A DNA stretch of 64,000 nt from Sedimentisphaerales bacterium (GCA_963663965.2 CAXXFK010000038.1:1-64000); one strand, 5' to 3'; positions 41,167 to 53,365 are shown, numbered from the stretch's first letter. Notes: generated by a model from the letters alone, not told the origin. Made by a program: numbers and translations.

Positions 41167-42599
41167 TCATTCAGCCCAATCGTCGGTTCTAAATGATGAG
41201 GCGGGTAATTCAAATCCGTTATAAAGATTGGATTGAGCCCAGTTGGTAAAACAATACCTGACGGCTACTGGATTTAAAATTTCAGGATTGGATACCAGGA
41301 TGGTATTGCTATCAATGCTGGCATTGGCAGGAATAAATTTTTTGTCTGGACCGGCCAGAGTAAAGCCGTGAAGTGGGCCATCTTTGGAAACTAAGCCGCC
41401 GTCAGTATGGTCAAAAAATAAACGAATTTGATTTCCTTCAACAATCATATGGTTATAAACGGGGCCGGAATAAACTAAGTTTTTCTGGTTATAGGTTTTA
41501 GCAAGAGCCCATAATGCCAGCCGTTTACCAACATCCTGTTTATTTTGGGGGTGAATATTATTTTCATTGCCAATATCCATCGTCACAGCCATGCCAACAT
41601 GAGGGATTTTCAGGCTTAAAAGCTGAGCCTCTCTTAGAAAGGCAGAACTGGTTTTATCGCTTCCATCATATTTATAAGGTGCGATCTGAACGTAATAAAA
41701 TGGAATATCGCCAGTGGCCCATTTTTCTCGCCAGTTTCCGATCCAGGCTTGCATTAATTTTTTATATTGTTCAGGACGGTTGCGGTTTGCTTCACCCTGG
41801 TACCAGATGACACCGGCGATACGGTAATCGATTAATGGCGCTATCATGGCATTGTAGAGCATTGTTGGGACATTCTGATGATATTTCTTTTTATTATCGG
41901 GATTATAAAGTGCATCTTCATCAATATCTTTGATGCTATTGATCTGGTTGGAAAATTCTGGAAATTCACTTAATCCATCTTCACTTATCCATGCTTCAAT
42001 AACAGTCCCGCCCCAGGCCGAACGAATTAAACCGATTGGCACGTCCAGTTCTTTATGCAAATAGCGGCCAAAATAATACGCCACTGCACTAAAGTCTGGA
42101 ATTGTTTCAGGAGTACAAACGTTCCAGGCGCCAGTCAGGTCAGATTGAGGTTTGTTATGAAATTTATTTTGTACTGCAAACAATCTGATTTTGGGCCAAT
42201 TGGCCTGGGCGATCTCATTTTCAGCATCATTGCTGTTTCTTACCGTCCAATACATATTGGATTGCCCGGAACATAACCAAACTTCTCCCAGTAGAATATT
42301 TTGAAATTTTTTATAGTATTAGCGGCTTTAAGAGTTATAGAATAAGGGCCACCCGCTGGAGCAGTAGGAAGTTTGGCGAGCCATGAGCCATTTGAATCGG
42401 TTTTGGTTTTTGTTGATGGAGTACCAGGCCAGTCTGCTGTAATTGTGATTGTTTCGTCTGGATTGGCCCATCCCCATATTTTTATCGTCGTATCACGCTG
42501 TAAAACCATATTATCGCCAATGATAGATGGGAGTCTTATGTCAGCGTAGCTTAAGGTTGATACTATTAATAAAACTGCAAAAATTCTATTTTGATTCAT
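41167..42599 (-). CDS. Sialate O-acetylesterase family (SASA); frameshift ~42300
   Basis: DNMVLQRD, IWGWA, GEVWLCSGQSNM across the junction, FSAVAYYFG, WYQGEAN, IHPQNKQDVGKRLA. Confidence 0.85.
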
Positions 42600-42624
42600 G
42601 TGATCTTCTCCAAAAACGTTCAAA

Positions 42625-43373
42625 TTAACCGTTTTTTTCGGCTTGATGGTCGCAGCAAGCCTTAATAAATTCTAACATAATAACGCGATTGATACTATCT
42701 TTATTGTAATATCTTTCCGGATGCCATTGAACAGCCATTAAAAAGGGATAATCCGGCCGCTCAACCGCTTCAATAACTCCATCTTCTGTCCGGCCAGCTG
42801 TAATTAAGTCTGCTCCATTGACAGCAACCCCTTGATGATGGGCACTGGGGACTTCAATCCAATCCTGACCAATTAAATTTTTTAGTCTTGATGGGTGGAG
42901 TTTCAGTTTATGTTTGACATCTTTTTCCCATACGACCATGGTCGACCAAGCCAGGATGATCGGGTAAATGTTGATATAATCTGCCGCCATGAGCCACACA
43001 AATCATCTGTAAACCCAGGCATATTCCTAAAATCGGTAATTTTTTTTTCTACAGCAATTTTGTAAAACAGGAAATCAAACTTCTGGCGGTCCGGATGAAC
43101 TAATTCTGTTTGGGGATGTATCGGTTCATTCCAGAGCGATGGATTCAAGTCCAGCCCCCCGGTTAGAAGAAGTCCATTCGTTTCAGACAATAATTCATTG
43201 ATATAAATCCTGTCTGAAATCGGTAAGATGGGTATGGGGATGCCGCCTAAAGAGAGAATTGCACTAAAATAGGGGCTATCCAGGTAGGCCCGCCCAACGC
43301 CCTCTTCATTGGTGCGATAATTCATGCCAATCGCGATGCGTGGCTTATGCAAGGTTGCCTCCTGAAATCGCAT
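42625..43373 (-). CDS. Peptidase C26 / gamma-glutamyl-GABA hydrolase-like glutamine amidotransferase; two homopolymer frameshifts
   Basis: GLLLTGGLDL.P, (LPILGICLG in the bridging frame), SAHHQGV, DGVIEAVE, AVQWHPE. Confidence 0.8.
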
Positions 43374-43831
43374 GCGAGGTTAGTTGTTACTGGAAATCGC
43401 TTTCCATTTCTTCCATATAGGTCAGCGTTTTTTTCCAGTTCATTACCACAGTGGGTTCGTTTGATCCGCAGCAGGGTGCGTACCCGCGAGATTAATTCAT
43501 TTTTCTGAATAGGCTTACTCAGAAATTCATCCGCGCCACAGTCAACACCCCGTTCGATATCGCCGGCATCAGTCAGGGCAGTTACGAGTACTACTACGAT
43601 ATCACGGTAAGATTCGCTTCCTTTAATTCGTCGACAAACTTCAAAGCCACTCATTCTGGGCATCATAATATCCAGCAAGATCAAATCGGGCTTGTCCTGT
43701 TCGATCATTTTCAGGGCTTCTATTCCATCGGGAGCGATGGTGACATCGGCCTCTAACGGAATCAGGTAGGCTTCCAGTAATTCGGCATTTTTTTTGTTAT
43801 CATCTACAATCAGTATTTTTGTCAGGGCCAT
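43322..43831 (-). CDS. Response regulator receiver protein (3' end probably frameshifted)
   Basis: KILIVDDN, PDLILLDIMMP.MSG, VTAL, GADEFLSKP. Confidence 0.88.
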   Translation of the reverse strand: MALTKILIVDDNKKNAELLEAYLIPLEADVTIAPDGIEALKMIEQDKPDLILLDIMMPRMSGFEVCRRIKGSESYRDIVVVLVTALTDAGDIERGVDCGADEFLSKPIQKNELISRVRTLLRIKRTHCGNELEKNADLYGRNGKRFPVTTNLACDFRRQPCISHASRLA

Positions 43832-43944
43832 TCTGTTGGGATGGCCGGCAATTTTTTTTCACTCATGTATCTCTCCTGAATCAATTGAATTATGACCTAA
43901 TTTTTATTGATAATGGGATATTTTGTCCAGATTTGATTAAGAAA

Positions 43945-44214
43945 TTACGATTCTGAAGAATTTTTGTGTTTTTCCAACAGGTTACGAACTTCCGGGACGA
44001 TGTATTTTTCTTCAATACCTGGTCGGTCAGAGAGCGCTTCGGCAACTAAAGTAACTTGTTCCTGGATAGAAAGCTCTTCATTTATACATAAAAGCCATTT
44101 ATTTTTAAGTCGACAAATTCCACCCAACTGGTCGCCCAGAGATACGAATCGAACTTCAATATCCATGCTTTCAGCCAGATCAATCAGGACATTTAACTGT
44201 TGTGTGGCATCCAT
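43945..44214 (-). CDS. Small hypothetical protein
   Basis: 89 aa; LAE...IEVR....GGICRLK....I resembles ImmA/IrrE N-terminal regions but has no HExxH. Confidence 0.6.
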   Translation of the reverse strand: MDATQQLNVLIDLAESMDIEVRFVSLGDQLGGICRLKNKWLLCINEELSIQEQVTLVAEALSDRPGIEEKYIVPEVRNLLEKHKNSSES

Positions 44215-44383
44215 ATATTACTCATCTGTTCAAGAAAATACTGAAAAAATATCCGATATTTCAGCTATAATTAACTAATATCTGGCCATCTGTATCCTGG
44301 ATAGTTGATAATGCAAAAAGTTTTATAACTATAATTATATCGATTATCCATAGAAAAACAATTAATATTGGCATTTATTCGAA

Positions 44384-45187
44384 ATGGAGAAAATAATTGC
44401 CGGAACTATTGGAACAAAGAAAGAATATCTATCGCCAACTTGAAGATAATGAGGTCGTAATCAACACTCTGGAGCGGCAGTTGGCTTCTACTCAGAAACT
44501 GGCTACACTGGGGGACCATGGCATGCATCATGGCCCACGAATTTAATAATATGCTGATGCCGATTATCAACTATGCCGAACTGGCGCTGAAAGAGCAAGA
44601 AGATCGGGAACTGACGCGGAAGGCATTGGAAAAGATAATAAAGAATGGTCAACTGGCCGCGAATATGATCGAGAATCTTCTGGGGTTTTCACGGGATCGT
44701 TCGGAGACACCGGAGAAAGTGTCGTTACTCCATCTGGTTCAGGATTGTTTCCTCTGTCTGGTCCGGGATCTGGAGAAAGATGGCATTCGAGTGCAGGTCG
44801 AGATTTCAGAGGATATGAAGATTTTTGTGATCCGGAACCAGATTCAGCAAGTGTTGTTGAACATGATTATCAATGCCAGGCAAGCCATGCTGGATAAGGG
44901 GGGGGCGTTTGACCATTCGGGGGAGTATCAGTCAGGAACAGGTATGTATCACCATTTCAGATACCGGAAAAGGGATAGAGAAAAAGGATATTGACCGAAT
45001 CTTTGAGCCATTCTTTACCACGAAATCCGGGGAAAACCTTTCGGATGAAGGCGGAACGGGATTAGGTCTCATGGTCTGCCGGAATATTATTCAGGGGCAT
45101 GGGGGGACAATTGAAGTCAGCAGTATGGTTGGGAAAGGAACCTGTTTTACCATACGGCTGCCAAACTATTCAGAATCAGAATCTTAG
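44384..45187 (+). CDS. Cytoplasmic histidine kinase; several homopolymer frameshifts
   Basis: QKLATLG-MA..MAHEFNN H-box; QQVLLNMIINA N-box; DTGKGI, IFEPFFTTK, GTGLGL G-boxes, spread over different frames. Confidence 0.82.
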
Positions 45188-45221
45188 TCGAGGGTAAATC
45201 AGTCATTTAGCCGCCTTAAGA

Positions 45222-46318
45222 TTACTCTTTTGAGAATCTGGAAAGATCCCATTGGTCGAGCCAGGTAATGGATGGTTTGTTCTCTTTGAATTCAACCGGG
45301 AGGAAGACGTATCGACCGTCAATTGGATTTTGAGGGGTCCAGACATCAAAAACAGCGATATAGCAATCTGATTGATAGGGAATGATGTAAGTGGACTGAC
45401 CGCCGAAGGTTTTTTTCGGGGCCGAAATTATTGTGGGGATTGGTACCCTGGCAGGGATTCCCAAGGGGTTTCCACTGGCCGAGCATGGAATCTGAGACGG
45501 CGGAAACGGGCGGCGTTGGGAGCCCAGCCAGTACAGCCGGAGGAGAGCAGGTAGTATTTATTGTTGTGTTTGATTATGGCAGGGGCTTCGTTGGAGTCCC
45601 TCCAGGGAGGGTGCGGATATAGCGGTTGGTAAAAGCCAGATAATCGTCAGTCAGTTCAGAGATATGAAGGGTCTGGTTTTCTTCCGAAGCGTGAATGTGG
45701 TAGGCAGTGCCATCGTCATCGACGAACAGGGTCATATCACGGGCCATCTGGCCTTTTTCGAAGTCGCGGCGAAGGATTTTACAACCGGGATCGGCTTGGA
45801 TTTGTTCCGGAGTCATATTGATGGGCCACTGACCGGCGTTGGGACGAAATGACTTCTGGTATTGATAGGGGCCTGTTATTTTATCGCCGATCGCCAGGCC
45901 GGTGCGGGCGGCATTATAGCCCTGGCCTTTTAATTCGAGATGGAACCACATGACGAATTTATTGGTTTTGGCGTTGTAAATTACTTTGGGGCGTTCGATG
46001 ATGCTGCCCCCTGGTTATCTCGCTGTCAGGATTCGGATCAACGGCGAGGGCGATGCCTTCATCTTTCCAGTTATAAAGGTCGGTGCTGCTGTAGCAGTGG
46101 ACGCCAACCTGGGCAGAATTACCGCGCCGGCCGGCAATTTTATGTTCGCCAAACCAGTACCAGGTGTCATGATATTGGAGGAAGCCACCACCATGGGCGT
46201 TGATATGAATGCCATTGTTATCCGGCCAGTTCTGATCAGGCAGGAAAGAATGACGATTCTGAGCAAATAAATATAATGGAAATATAACAGTTAAGAGGAA
46301 TAAAAGACTTTTTTTCAT
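45222..46318 (-). CDS. GH43 (subfamily 24-like) glycosidase; frameshifted
   Basis: WPDNNG.HINAHGGG, YWFGEHK, YSSTDLYNWK, MWFHLE, ARDMTLFVDDDG.AY, SEENQTL, GGQSTY, DGRYVFLP. Confidence 0.8.
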
Positions 46319-46319
46319 A

Positions 46320-48113
46320 TCTATGTTCGATTCTGTCCCCGTTGGCGCTGGTGGTGATAATTTTAACTTCGCTTGGGGCTTTATAGCTGGTTTTGACCGA
46401 ACCATCCGGTTGCCGATCATGTTGAACTTTCAGAGGGCCGTAAGGTGTCGGGAAGGAGCCTTTAACCCATTGGAGGTCGCCGAGATGGGGAGTGATCCGG
46501 ATGGTTTTGCATCCGGGCTGAAGGATCTGGATACCGAGCACATGTTCGGTGAGCCAGGCAGTGGGGCCGGAGGCCCAACCATGGCAAAGACTGTGGCGGA
46601 AGCCGAGGTAGCAGTAATTGCCATAATCGCCGTGGATGTCTATTTTACCGGGGGGGACCAGTTCATCGATGCGGGGCGGCGTTTTCAAGCCATTTCAGAT
46701 CAAAATCTTCCCAGAATGTGGTGGCGCCGACATCCAGCATGCCACCCCAGTATTGCCGGATACAATCGAGGCAACCCTGATAATCACCGGCCAGGGCGCG
46801 GGCTTGAAGGGACGTAATATCCGTAAAAGGTACTCATTCTCTGGGGACCGTCAACGGCCATTACCTGACGATTCATGGTCTGGGGGTCGGCGATATGTGA
46901 TAAGGCCAAAAGGGCGGCGGCCTGTTTGCTGTTATCTGGATCGGGGATCTGTTGACTCAGGCGATCCGCCGATTGTCGGCATAGAGTCGCAGTCGATGAC
47001 TCGCCCATCACTGAACACATTTCTTCGCCCGCCAGGAGAGTCAGCCGTAACAATCCCTGGAGACCGGCATGGAGGACCTGGCCAGGTTTGGCATGGCCGC
47101 GCGAGGGCCAGTCGAGAAAGCGGCCTTCGGGGAGGGTTTCACCGTTGTTTTCGTCGATACAGGTGGTGAGTCGTTTAAGCAGAGGGATCAGATAATCTTT
47201 TTGTTTCTTGAGATATTCGAGATCGCCGGTGTAGTTGTACCATTCGCGGTGGATCAGGATCCACCACATGGAGTAGGAACTGATCCCGTTCATCCATCTG
47301 GGCAGGGGTGTTTCCTCGCGGATCAGATCGAGACTGGCGGGAATGATGTTATTGGCACCGAAGACGGAGAGGATGGTCATGGTTTCGGGGTGCATATCGC
47401 CGATCCAGACCAGGCGATCGCGTTTGATACCATCCCAGAGGTAGTCCTGCATGTTGAGATGGACGGTATAGGCGCCGGTTTGCCAGATCTGGTTGAGGCG
47501 GTTGTCATTGCATTGGAAGGAACCCAGGTATTCGAGCGGGCGGTAGAGGAATACGGCGCGGATGGATTTGAACTCAACAAAGCTGTCTTTGTCAAGCAAG
47601 TCGATACGGACAAAACGAAAGCCAGTATTACCTATTTCGCAGGTACCCAGCCAGGGAACCAGACAGGTCTGGTCACGGACGGCATGGTCATTGGTGGCAT
47701 TTTTTGGTCCTCCGATATCGGACATGGCTTCACTGACCGATTCGCCAAAACGGACTCGGAGCCGGACGGTTTTTCCTTCGGATGGGTTGGTATTTTTGAG
47801 GTTCCAGACCATGATTTGGACGCCGCCGTGGAGTTCTTTGCCGAAATCGAGCAGGATCCCGGTGGGTTGATCGGTGGTCTTGAGGGTACAGGGGGAATGG
47901 GAATCGAGAGTGACCTGGCCGGACCGGGGAATGAGCAGGGAGTCCGGGTTGACTACCTCGCCGGGAGTCTGGGGAGGTCCATACGATTCGAGTGGGCATG
48001 ATATATTCCCGTATACGGGGATCTGATTGTGCGTTGGGGAATATTCCGGAAGCGTTTAAGAAGGATGTGATCAAGGTTAATGGCAGGATCCAATATGTGG
48101 TATTCATTTTCAT
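46320..48113 (-). CDS. GH78 alpha-L-rhamnosidase family; frameshifted, 3' end approximate
   Basis: GFRFVRI, LNQIW.TGAYT, DGIKRDRLVWIGD, SLCHGWASGP, PHLGDL..V.GSFPTPYG. Confidence 0.82.
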
Positions 48114-48317
48114 GAGCGAATCTCCCAATTCGTGTAATTAAAAATTTAACCTGTTAACGGGCAGAGCCTAATGGAAATTTCATCAATTGTGAAGCGGAAA
48201 CCTGGTTATGATTTATTGGGTTCGATTAAAATAGTTGTTGCGCCAGATCACCGGTTGCGGTCATTCTCCTTTAGAGGCAGGGACGGGGGACATCAATGTA
48301 TTTGTTTAGAATATTGT

Positions 48318-48925
48318 TATAAGTATCTGCTATAGCTTAGTATACGGCGTTTTTGTTTGGCGTTGGCTTCGTTTCGTTTTGGTCTTTATCCGGTATTCGC
48401 TACGCTCAAGTTGGTTGTCCCAGCCCGCCAAGTCGGATCATAGTCATGGGCGCCCGGTGTTTACCAAACCTGATTTCTGGTTTCATCTTTCGTCATCGGA
48501 GCGAAATCCTGTCGGTACGCCTTTACGAGGCGTGGGTTTAAAAAATACTCGTTTCGGGTTCGTTTGGACCCGCCAATGAATTGGCGGGCTATGCGCTTTT
48601 ATCTCCTCCTGAGGCGGACCTTCGGCCTGCGGGACATTATTTGTATCGGCTTGTGCGGATGATGTTTTGTATTTTTGTTAAGTTATTTTCTATGTTGAGG
48701 TTATGGTCATTATATTCATCATTGGGTTTGTTTCGTTTTATGTTGGTATTCGCTGCGCTCATGGTGGTTTTATCTTTCGCCTCTGGTGCGAAATCCTGCA
48801 GGTACGCCTCTGCGAGGCGTGGCGTGAGAAAAATAAAAAAACAATCGTTGACCGGCGGTCTTACGACCCCGGCTAGAAACGGTCGGCTCCTCCTGAGGCG
48901 GATCTTCGACCTTCGGGCCTCTTAT
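48318..48925. repeat. Tandemly duplicated mosaic of REP-like palindromes (BIME-like)
   Basis: Two units (~48318-48640, ~48677-48925) share GGTATTCGCT.CGCTCA, TCTTTCG...GCGAAATCCTG..GGTACGCCT.T.CGAGGCGTGG and CTCCTCCTGAGGCGGA; perfect palindrome CCCGCCAA-TGAA-TTGGCGGG at 48569. Confidence 0.75.
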
Positions 48926-49819
48926 AATCAGAATGCCAGGTTGTTTAAGTTTGATAATTTCCATTTCATTCGTAACTTATTAACAGCCAAAATATATTGG
49001 CTGGTTTATTCGCAGTACACACCATGTTGCACAAGATGTCAATTACACCCAGGCACCACAGAGCATGCGCAGAGAGGCTCTGCGGGCGTGGCCGGTCGGG
49101 GGCGGGGCACGCCTGGTTCAGGCGGATGGTTTTGAGGGCTATTGGGGCGACTGTGGGATTATAGACCGAGTTATATTTAAAGGCAAATTAAATATTATGT
49201 ATTTGTTTTATATAACATAATAATTGTGGATTTATTTTTTTGTAGCAGATAATATTAGAAAGAAAAATCGGTGGTTTTGTTCTTAATGGTTTATTATTTA
49301 AAGAATTATGTTGATTTTGGGTGTTGTCAACAAAATAATGATCACTGTGTTTTATAAAGCCACAGTTTTGGGGCAATGTTATGAAACATGGGGTAACATC
49401 ATTTTAAGCGAGCACCATCTAATAAAATCATAACAATATGTAAAAAAAGGCTTATGTTTGCTGATAGGACTTTGAAATCATATTCATAGAGTTGCAGTAT
49501 GACGAAACCTGTTTTTTCGAAAGAATAAGCTGTCCAAAAATTGAATAAGGAAGAGTGGAAAATCTGATTGCAATTTGTTGATTTGATTATTAAACTATTT
49601 TTAAGATAAATCATTAGGTATACATAAGAGGTTTTATGGCAAAGAGTTAATTTATCTAAATGAGGAAAATGAAATCGTGGATTCCATGGCAGGTCGTAAT
49701 CTTGATAAACAACAGTATCGGTTTATTCGGATAGATTATTGCTATTTGAGAGATCTTCTACAAACCGGGTTATACATTTCGCGATCAATGTTTATTCCAA
49801 CTCAAGCGGAGAATTTCTA

Positions 49820-50719
49820 ATGGATAGAAACGAAGCGATCAAAGCGACTAGGAACGGGGCCATTGCGGCCTGTATCAGTCTGGCACTAGCTACTATCATT
49901 GTCATTATGACTCGAGTTCTGGGACCAACTGAACATTTTGCAGAATATGCGGATTCAAGTGTCTATTTCGATCTGATTTTGATCGCCATATTCGCTTTCG
50001 GGATGTATCGGAAGTCACGACTTGCGTCAGTACTGATGTTTATATACTTTGCTGCATGCAAGGTGGTTATGTTTGTGGAAAATCAGGCTATCGGAAACAT
50101 TATCGGTGCAGTAATTTTTTTATACTTTTACGCCAAAGCCATTCAGGGAGCCTTTGTTTATCATCGCATTGAGAAAGCAGAGAACCCTGATTATAAGCCT
50201 ACTCCATTATGGTTGAAAGTCACCGGGGGTATTTTTGTTTTGCTGGTTGTTGGAATTCTTGGCATGGGAGCGATGGTTATGACCGGGGCAGTGCCGGAGA
50301 CTTCGGTTCAGTCTGGCGCGGATCTGCGGTCAAAAGATCTTCATGCTTTGATCGAAAACAGGATCATAACTGAAGAGGACACGGTGGAATTTTTTTACTC
50401 ACACGGCTTTTCATCCATACTGGAAGGCGGCAATCTGTTAACCAATGACCGGGTCATCTTGTATCAGACTAATGACGATGATGAAATTGAGGTTTATGAA
50501 CTGTTCTGCGATGAGATAACCGAAGTCAGGCAAACGGTTGAAGGCGATTTTTTCAGAGATAGCGAATATATCGTTAATACGGGAGACTCAGAACGATGGA
50601 TAACGCTCATTCTGTCAGTCGATGAAGAAGGTGATAAGAAATTTGTCGAGGCGATCCAGTCTAAAACAGCGAAAAATACAACACGATTTCCTGAGACAAT
50701 TGAAGATGAAAGTATTTAA
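49820..50719 (+). CDS. Hypothetical membrane protein
   Basis: Several hydrophobic helices followed by an acidic soluble domain; GGAG RBS. Confidence 0.7.
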   Translation: MDRNEAIKATRNGAIAACISLALATIIVIMTRVLGPTEHFAEYADSSVYFDLILIAIFAFGMYRKSRLASVLMFIYFAACKVVMFVENQAIGNIIGAVIFLYFYAKAIQGAFVYHRIEKAENPDYKPTPLWLKVTGGIFVLLVVGILGMGAMVMTGAVPETSVQSGADLRSKDLHALIENRIITEEDTVEFFYSHGFSSILEGGNLLTNDRVILYQTNDDDEIEVYELFCDEITEVRQTVEGDFFRDSEYIVNTGDSERWITLILSVDEEGDKKFVEAIQSKTAKNTTRFPETIEDESI

Positions 50720-51317
50720 TTTCAGCCTTCGTTTGGTAATAATATTTTGTTTAATGATAATGCTATACCCTTTTTTAGGGCTGTACATTCTAAATAAAAT
50801 TGTATTTGTTTTTGTGGGCGTATCAATGATATTTGTATTAATATCGATAGTTCTTATGATTAGTTATACGATATTGGCTGCAAACAAATATGGGAAGCTG
50901 GGCGCTTATAAAATGGTATGTAAAAAATTTGCAGTATTCATCGTTTGCTGGATTCTTCAAATGAATGTTGCGGATGTTATTATGAATTACAAAGCCAGGT
51001 CAGAAATACGATCAGAGCTAAAACGAATGGATGCCAATTTAGTAACAATAAAAATTGATGGGAATGAAATCGAAAATGGCAAAGAAGTGTTTGCAGCACT
51101 GCAAGGCCTGGAGCAAGTATTTCGCTCTCGATCACGTGTTATTAATGAGGTAGAATGCGAAATTGTCTATAACGGTAAAATACTACATTTATTAATAGGT
51201 CAGCAGGATGTGGACAGAAGTCAATATTGGGTTTATTATCCAAAGCATGGTATGACAGGATCTAATGCGATAGGTGGGTTTGATTTTGAAGGCAATATTG
51301 TGTCACAAATAAAATAA
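50706..51317 (+). CDS. Hypothetical membrane protein
   Basis: 3 TM segments plus a soluble domain; AT-rich. Confidence 0.6.
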   Translation: MKVFNFSLRLVIIFCLMIMLYPFLGLYILNKIVFVFVGVSMIFVLISIVLMISYTILAANKYGKLGAYKMVCKKFAVFIVCWILQMNVADVIMNYKARSEIRSELKRMDANLVTIKIDGNEIENGKEVFAALQGLEQVFRSRSRVINEVECEIVYNGKILHLLIGQQDVDRSQYWVYYPKHGMTGSNAIGGFDFEGNIVSQIK

Positions 51318-51479
51318 TCAATCCTAATGACTAATGGTCTTACTATGGGAATCTTTCTATCACGGTATGTAACACAGCTAAATAAAGCCAGTTTGATCTT
51401 AATGGTTTATTTGTTAGAGATTTATGTTGAATTAAGGAATTGTCTACAAAATAAATATATAATATAATTGGATGGTACC

Positions 51480-51803
51480 ATGGGATTACCTGTTTATTTC
51501 ATTAAAAAAGAAGTATTCTATGATTTACCTGATGTAATATTTAGAGCCGGTATTGAAATTACAGAAGAAAAACCCTCTGGAATTGAGTTTGAACAAAATC
51601 CGCCGGATGTTTGTTATTATTGCCTGAATAATACACAGCAGATAGTCATTGGTATAATTGCACGATATAATGTTGTAAATGAAGTGTATTTTGTATTTGC
51701 AACTATTATTTTACCTGAATGTAAAATAGTTATTCCTGCGGAGGTTAAAAAAATTTTGAACGAGATTAAATTCATGCTAGAAAGTCTTGAAAAGGTGGGA
51801 TAG
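51480..51803 (+). CDS. Small hypothetical protein
   Basis: AT-rich ORF co-oriented with its neighbours. Confidence 0.5.
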   Translation: MGLPVYFIKKEVFYDLPDVIFRAGIEITEEKPSGIEFEQNPPDVCYYCLNNTQQIVIGIIARYNVVNEVYFVFATIILPECKIVIPAEVKKILNEIKFMLESLEKVG

Positions 51804-51814
51804 AAAAAATTACA

Positions 51815-52072
51815 GAAAACTGCTTGGGCGGAGCTAAGCCCAGGTGACTGAGTAACAAGGTGGTTTGCGATGGGGGTGGGATAGCTGAAACTACAGAATG
51901 ATATCATGGCACATTTTGTGCCGTAGATGGGCACAGATGAAGAAAAGAGGACAAATTTTACCATGAAGTTCTTGAAGGGCATGAAGGAGGGAAGAAGAGA
52001 TTTGAAATTTGAGACATCCAAATTATATGGCAACCAGATTTCATACGAAGCCGCTGAGATAGTAAAGTCAAT
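51815..52072. repeat. Spacer block copy A
   Basis: Colinear homology to 53951-54189. Confidence 0.75.
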
Positions 52073-52120
52073 GAATTAATTGTGTGGATGTTGCCGGATA
52101 AAAACAAAGTTAGCGATACC

Positions 52121-53038
52121 ATGGCGAAGTTATTTAATAAAAAATTACGAATCATCACAATAGCTATCATTATGATTATATTTTTGATCTATAACCGTTA
52201 TCAAAGCGCTAAAGTCGAGTTGGTGAATGTATTGAGTCATATGCCCGGTTCCATTTATTATATCAATGGGAAAGTTGACTATTTAGATAAGAATTCCATT
52301 GAATGGGTTTTTAAATGCGATACCGGATGGATTGATGAACCAGACGAGGCATGTATTGAGGATGGATTCTTATATTATGAAGAATCAGGAGATCTCTGCC
52401 AGTTCGAAATTGAAACCAGTGAAATTCGACGCTATTCATTGGGAGCGGCTATCTGTTCCCATGGTTTTTCGGTATCTCCGGATCAAAATATAGTTGCTTA
52501 TGTTAGTTATCAAAACACAGACCTGCAAGGCTGTTATCTTAATATATTCAATATGAAAACCAGTACCAATACCGTATTGTATGATAGTGCACATCTGATT
52601 ACCGCTTTAGTATGGAATTTGTCTGGTGATCATGAGCTATATTTTACAGAAAATGGCACTATCAAAAAGATTAATATCGATCAGTTCGATATAGTAGAAA
52701 AGGTGGTGTCAATATCATCAGAAGATTGCTATTGTTCATTAGCAAATGGGGACGAAATGATTTACTGGTACATCGATTATTATGGAGCTACGCATGTCTA
52801 TCAGAAAAACGTATCCAGTGACGAAGTGAATGAGATATTCAATCTGGATATGCCTGTCGAAGCCATTGATTGGGATAGTAACGCAAGGCATGCTTTATTG
52901 GTAGCGTTAGAGCCAAGTTCAGGATTGATGGGGGTATTCTGTCACGAAAGTTCCGTATATTTTTACGATAGAGAATCCAATAAGAAGTATCGTTTACCAT
53001 CTATCAAAGGATGTTCCGGTTTTGCGTTAATTGATTGA
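52121..53038 (+). CDS. Membrane-anchored TolB-like beta-propeller protein
   Basis: N-terminal TM helix; FSVSPDQNIVAY, LVWN....ELYF, IDWDS. Confidence 0.6.
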   Translation: MAKLFNKKLRIITIAIIMIIFLIYNRYQSAKVELVNVLSHMPGSIYYINGKVDYLDKNSIEWVFKCDTGWIDEPDEACIEDGFLYYEESGDLCQFEIETSEIRRYSLGAAICSHGFSVSPDQNIVAYVSYQNTDLQGCYLNIFNMKTSTNTVLYDSAHLITALVWNLSGDHELYFTENGTIKKINIDQFDIVEKVVSISSEDCYCSLANGDEMIYWYIDYYGATHVYQKNVSSDEVNEIFNLDMPVEAIDWDSNARHALLVALEPSSGLMGVFCHESSVYFYDRESNKKYRLPSIKGCSGFALID

Positions 53039-53114
53039 ATATAAGTGATTGTCTGTGTAATTGATCTAATATATGTAGGCAGGGAATAGATAGAAATGGG
53101 AGGATGGATTCAGG

Positions 53115-53142
53115 TTGACGGTGAGTGCAGGTAGGGTATAAT
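53115..53142 (+). promoter_or_regulatory. sigma70-type promoter inside the small-gene array
   Basis: TTGACG-16 nt-TATAAT. Confidence 0.45.
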
Positions 53143-53365
53143 GGGGGAAGTGCTTGTTTGGAACGTTTGATCTGGTTTGAGTGGCTGATTATGGAAAGAG
53201 TATTCGATATGGAGATAATGGCGATTGAAGGGATGTTGACGGATGGGGTGTTCGGGTTTGTAATTACTGTTGATGGTGATGTGAAAAAACTGCATGAGCG
53301 GCTTTGGCTTTTACGTGACAGGTGTTATTGCCAATATTAAAACTGAATCAATTCAGGATTGAAAG

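Noticed and set aside
48353..49614. ORFs 48353, 48379, 48581, 48770, 49188 and 49399
   Set aside because: They overlap the palindrome mosaic or AT-rich intergenic DNA and look spurious.
51907..51922. sigma54 promoter TGGCACATTTTGTGCC
   Set aside because: The -12 element is imperfect, it is better explained as a small palindrome, and it is absent from the homologous spacer copy B.
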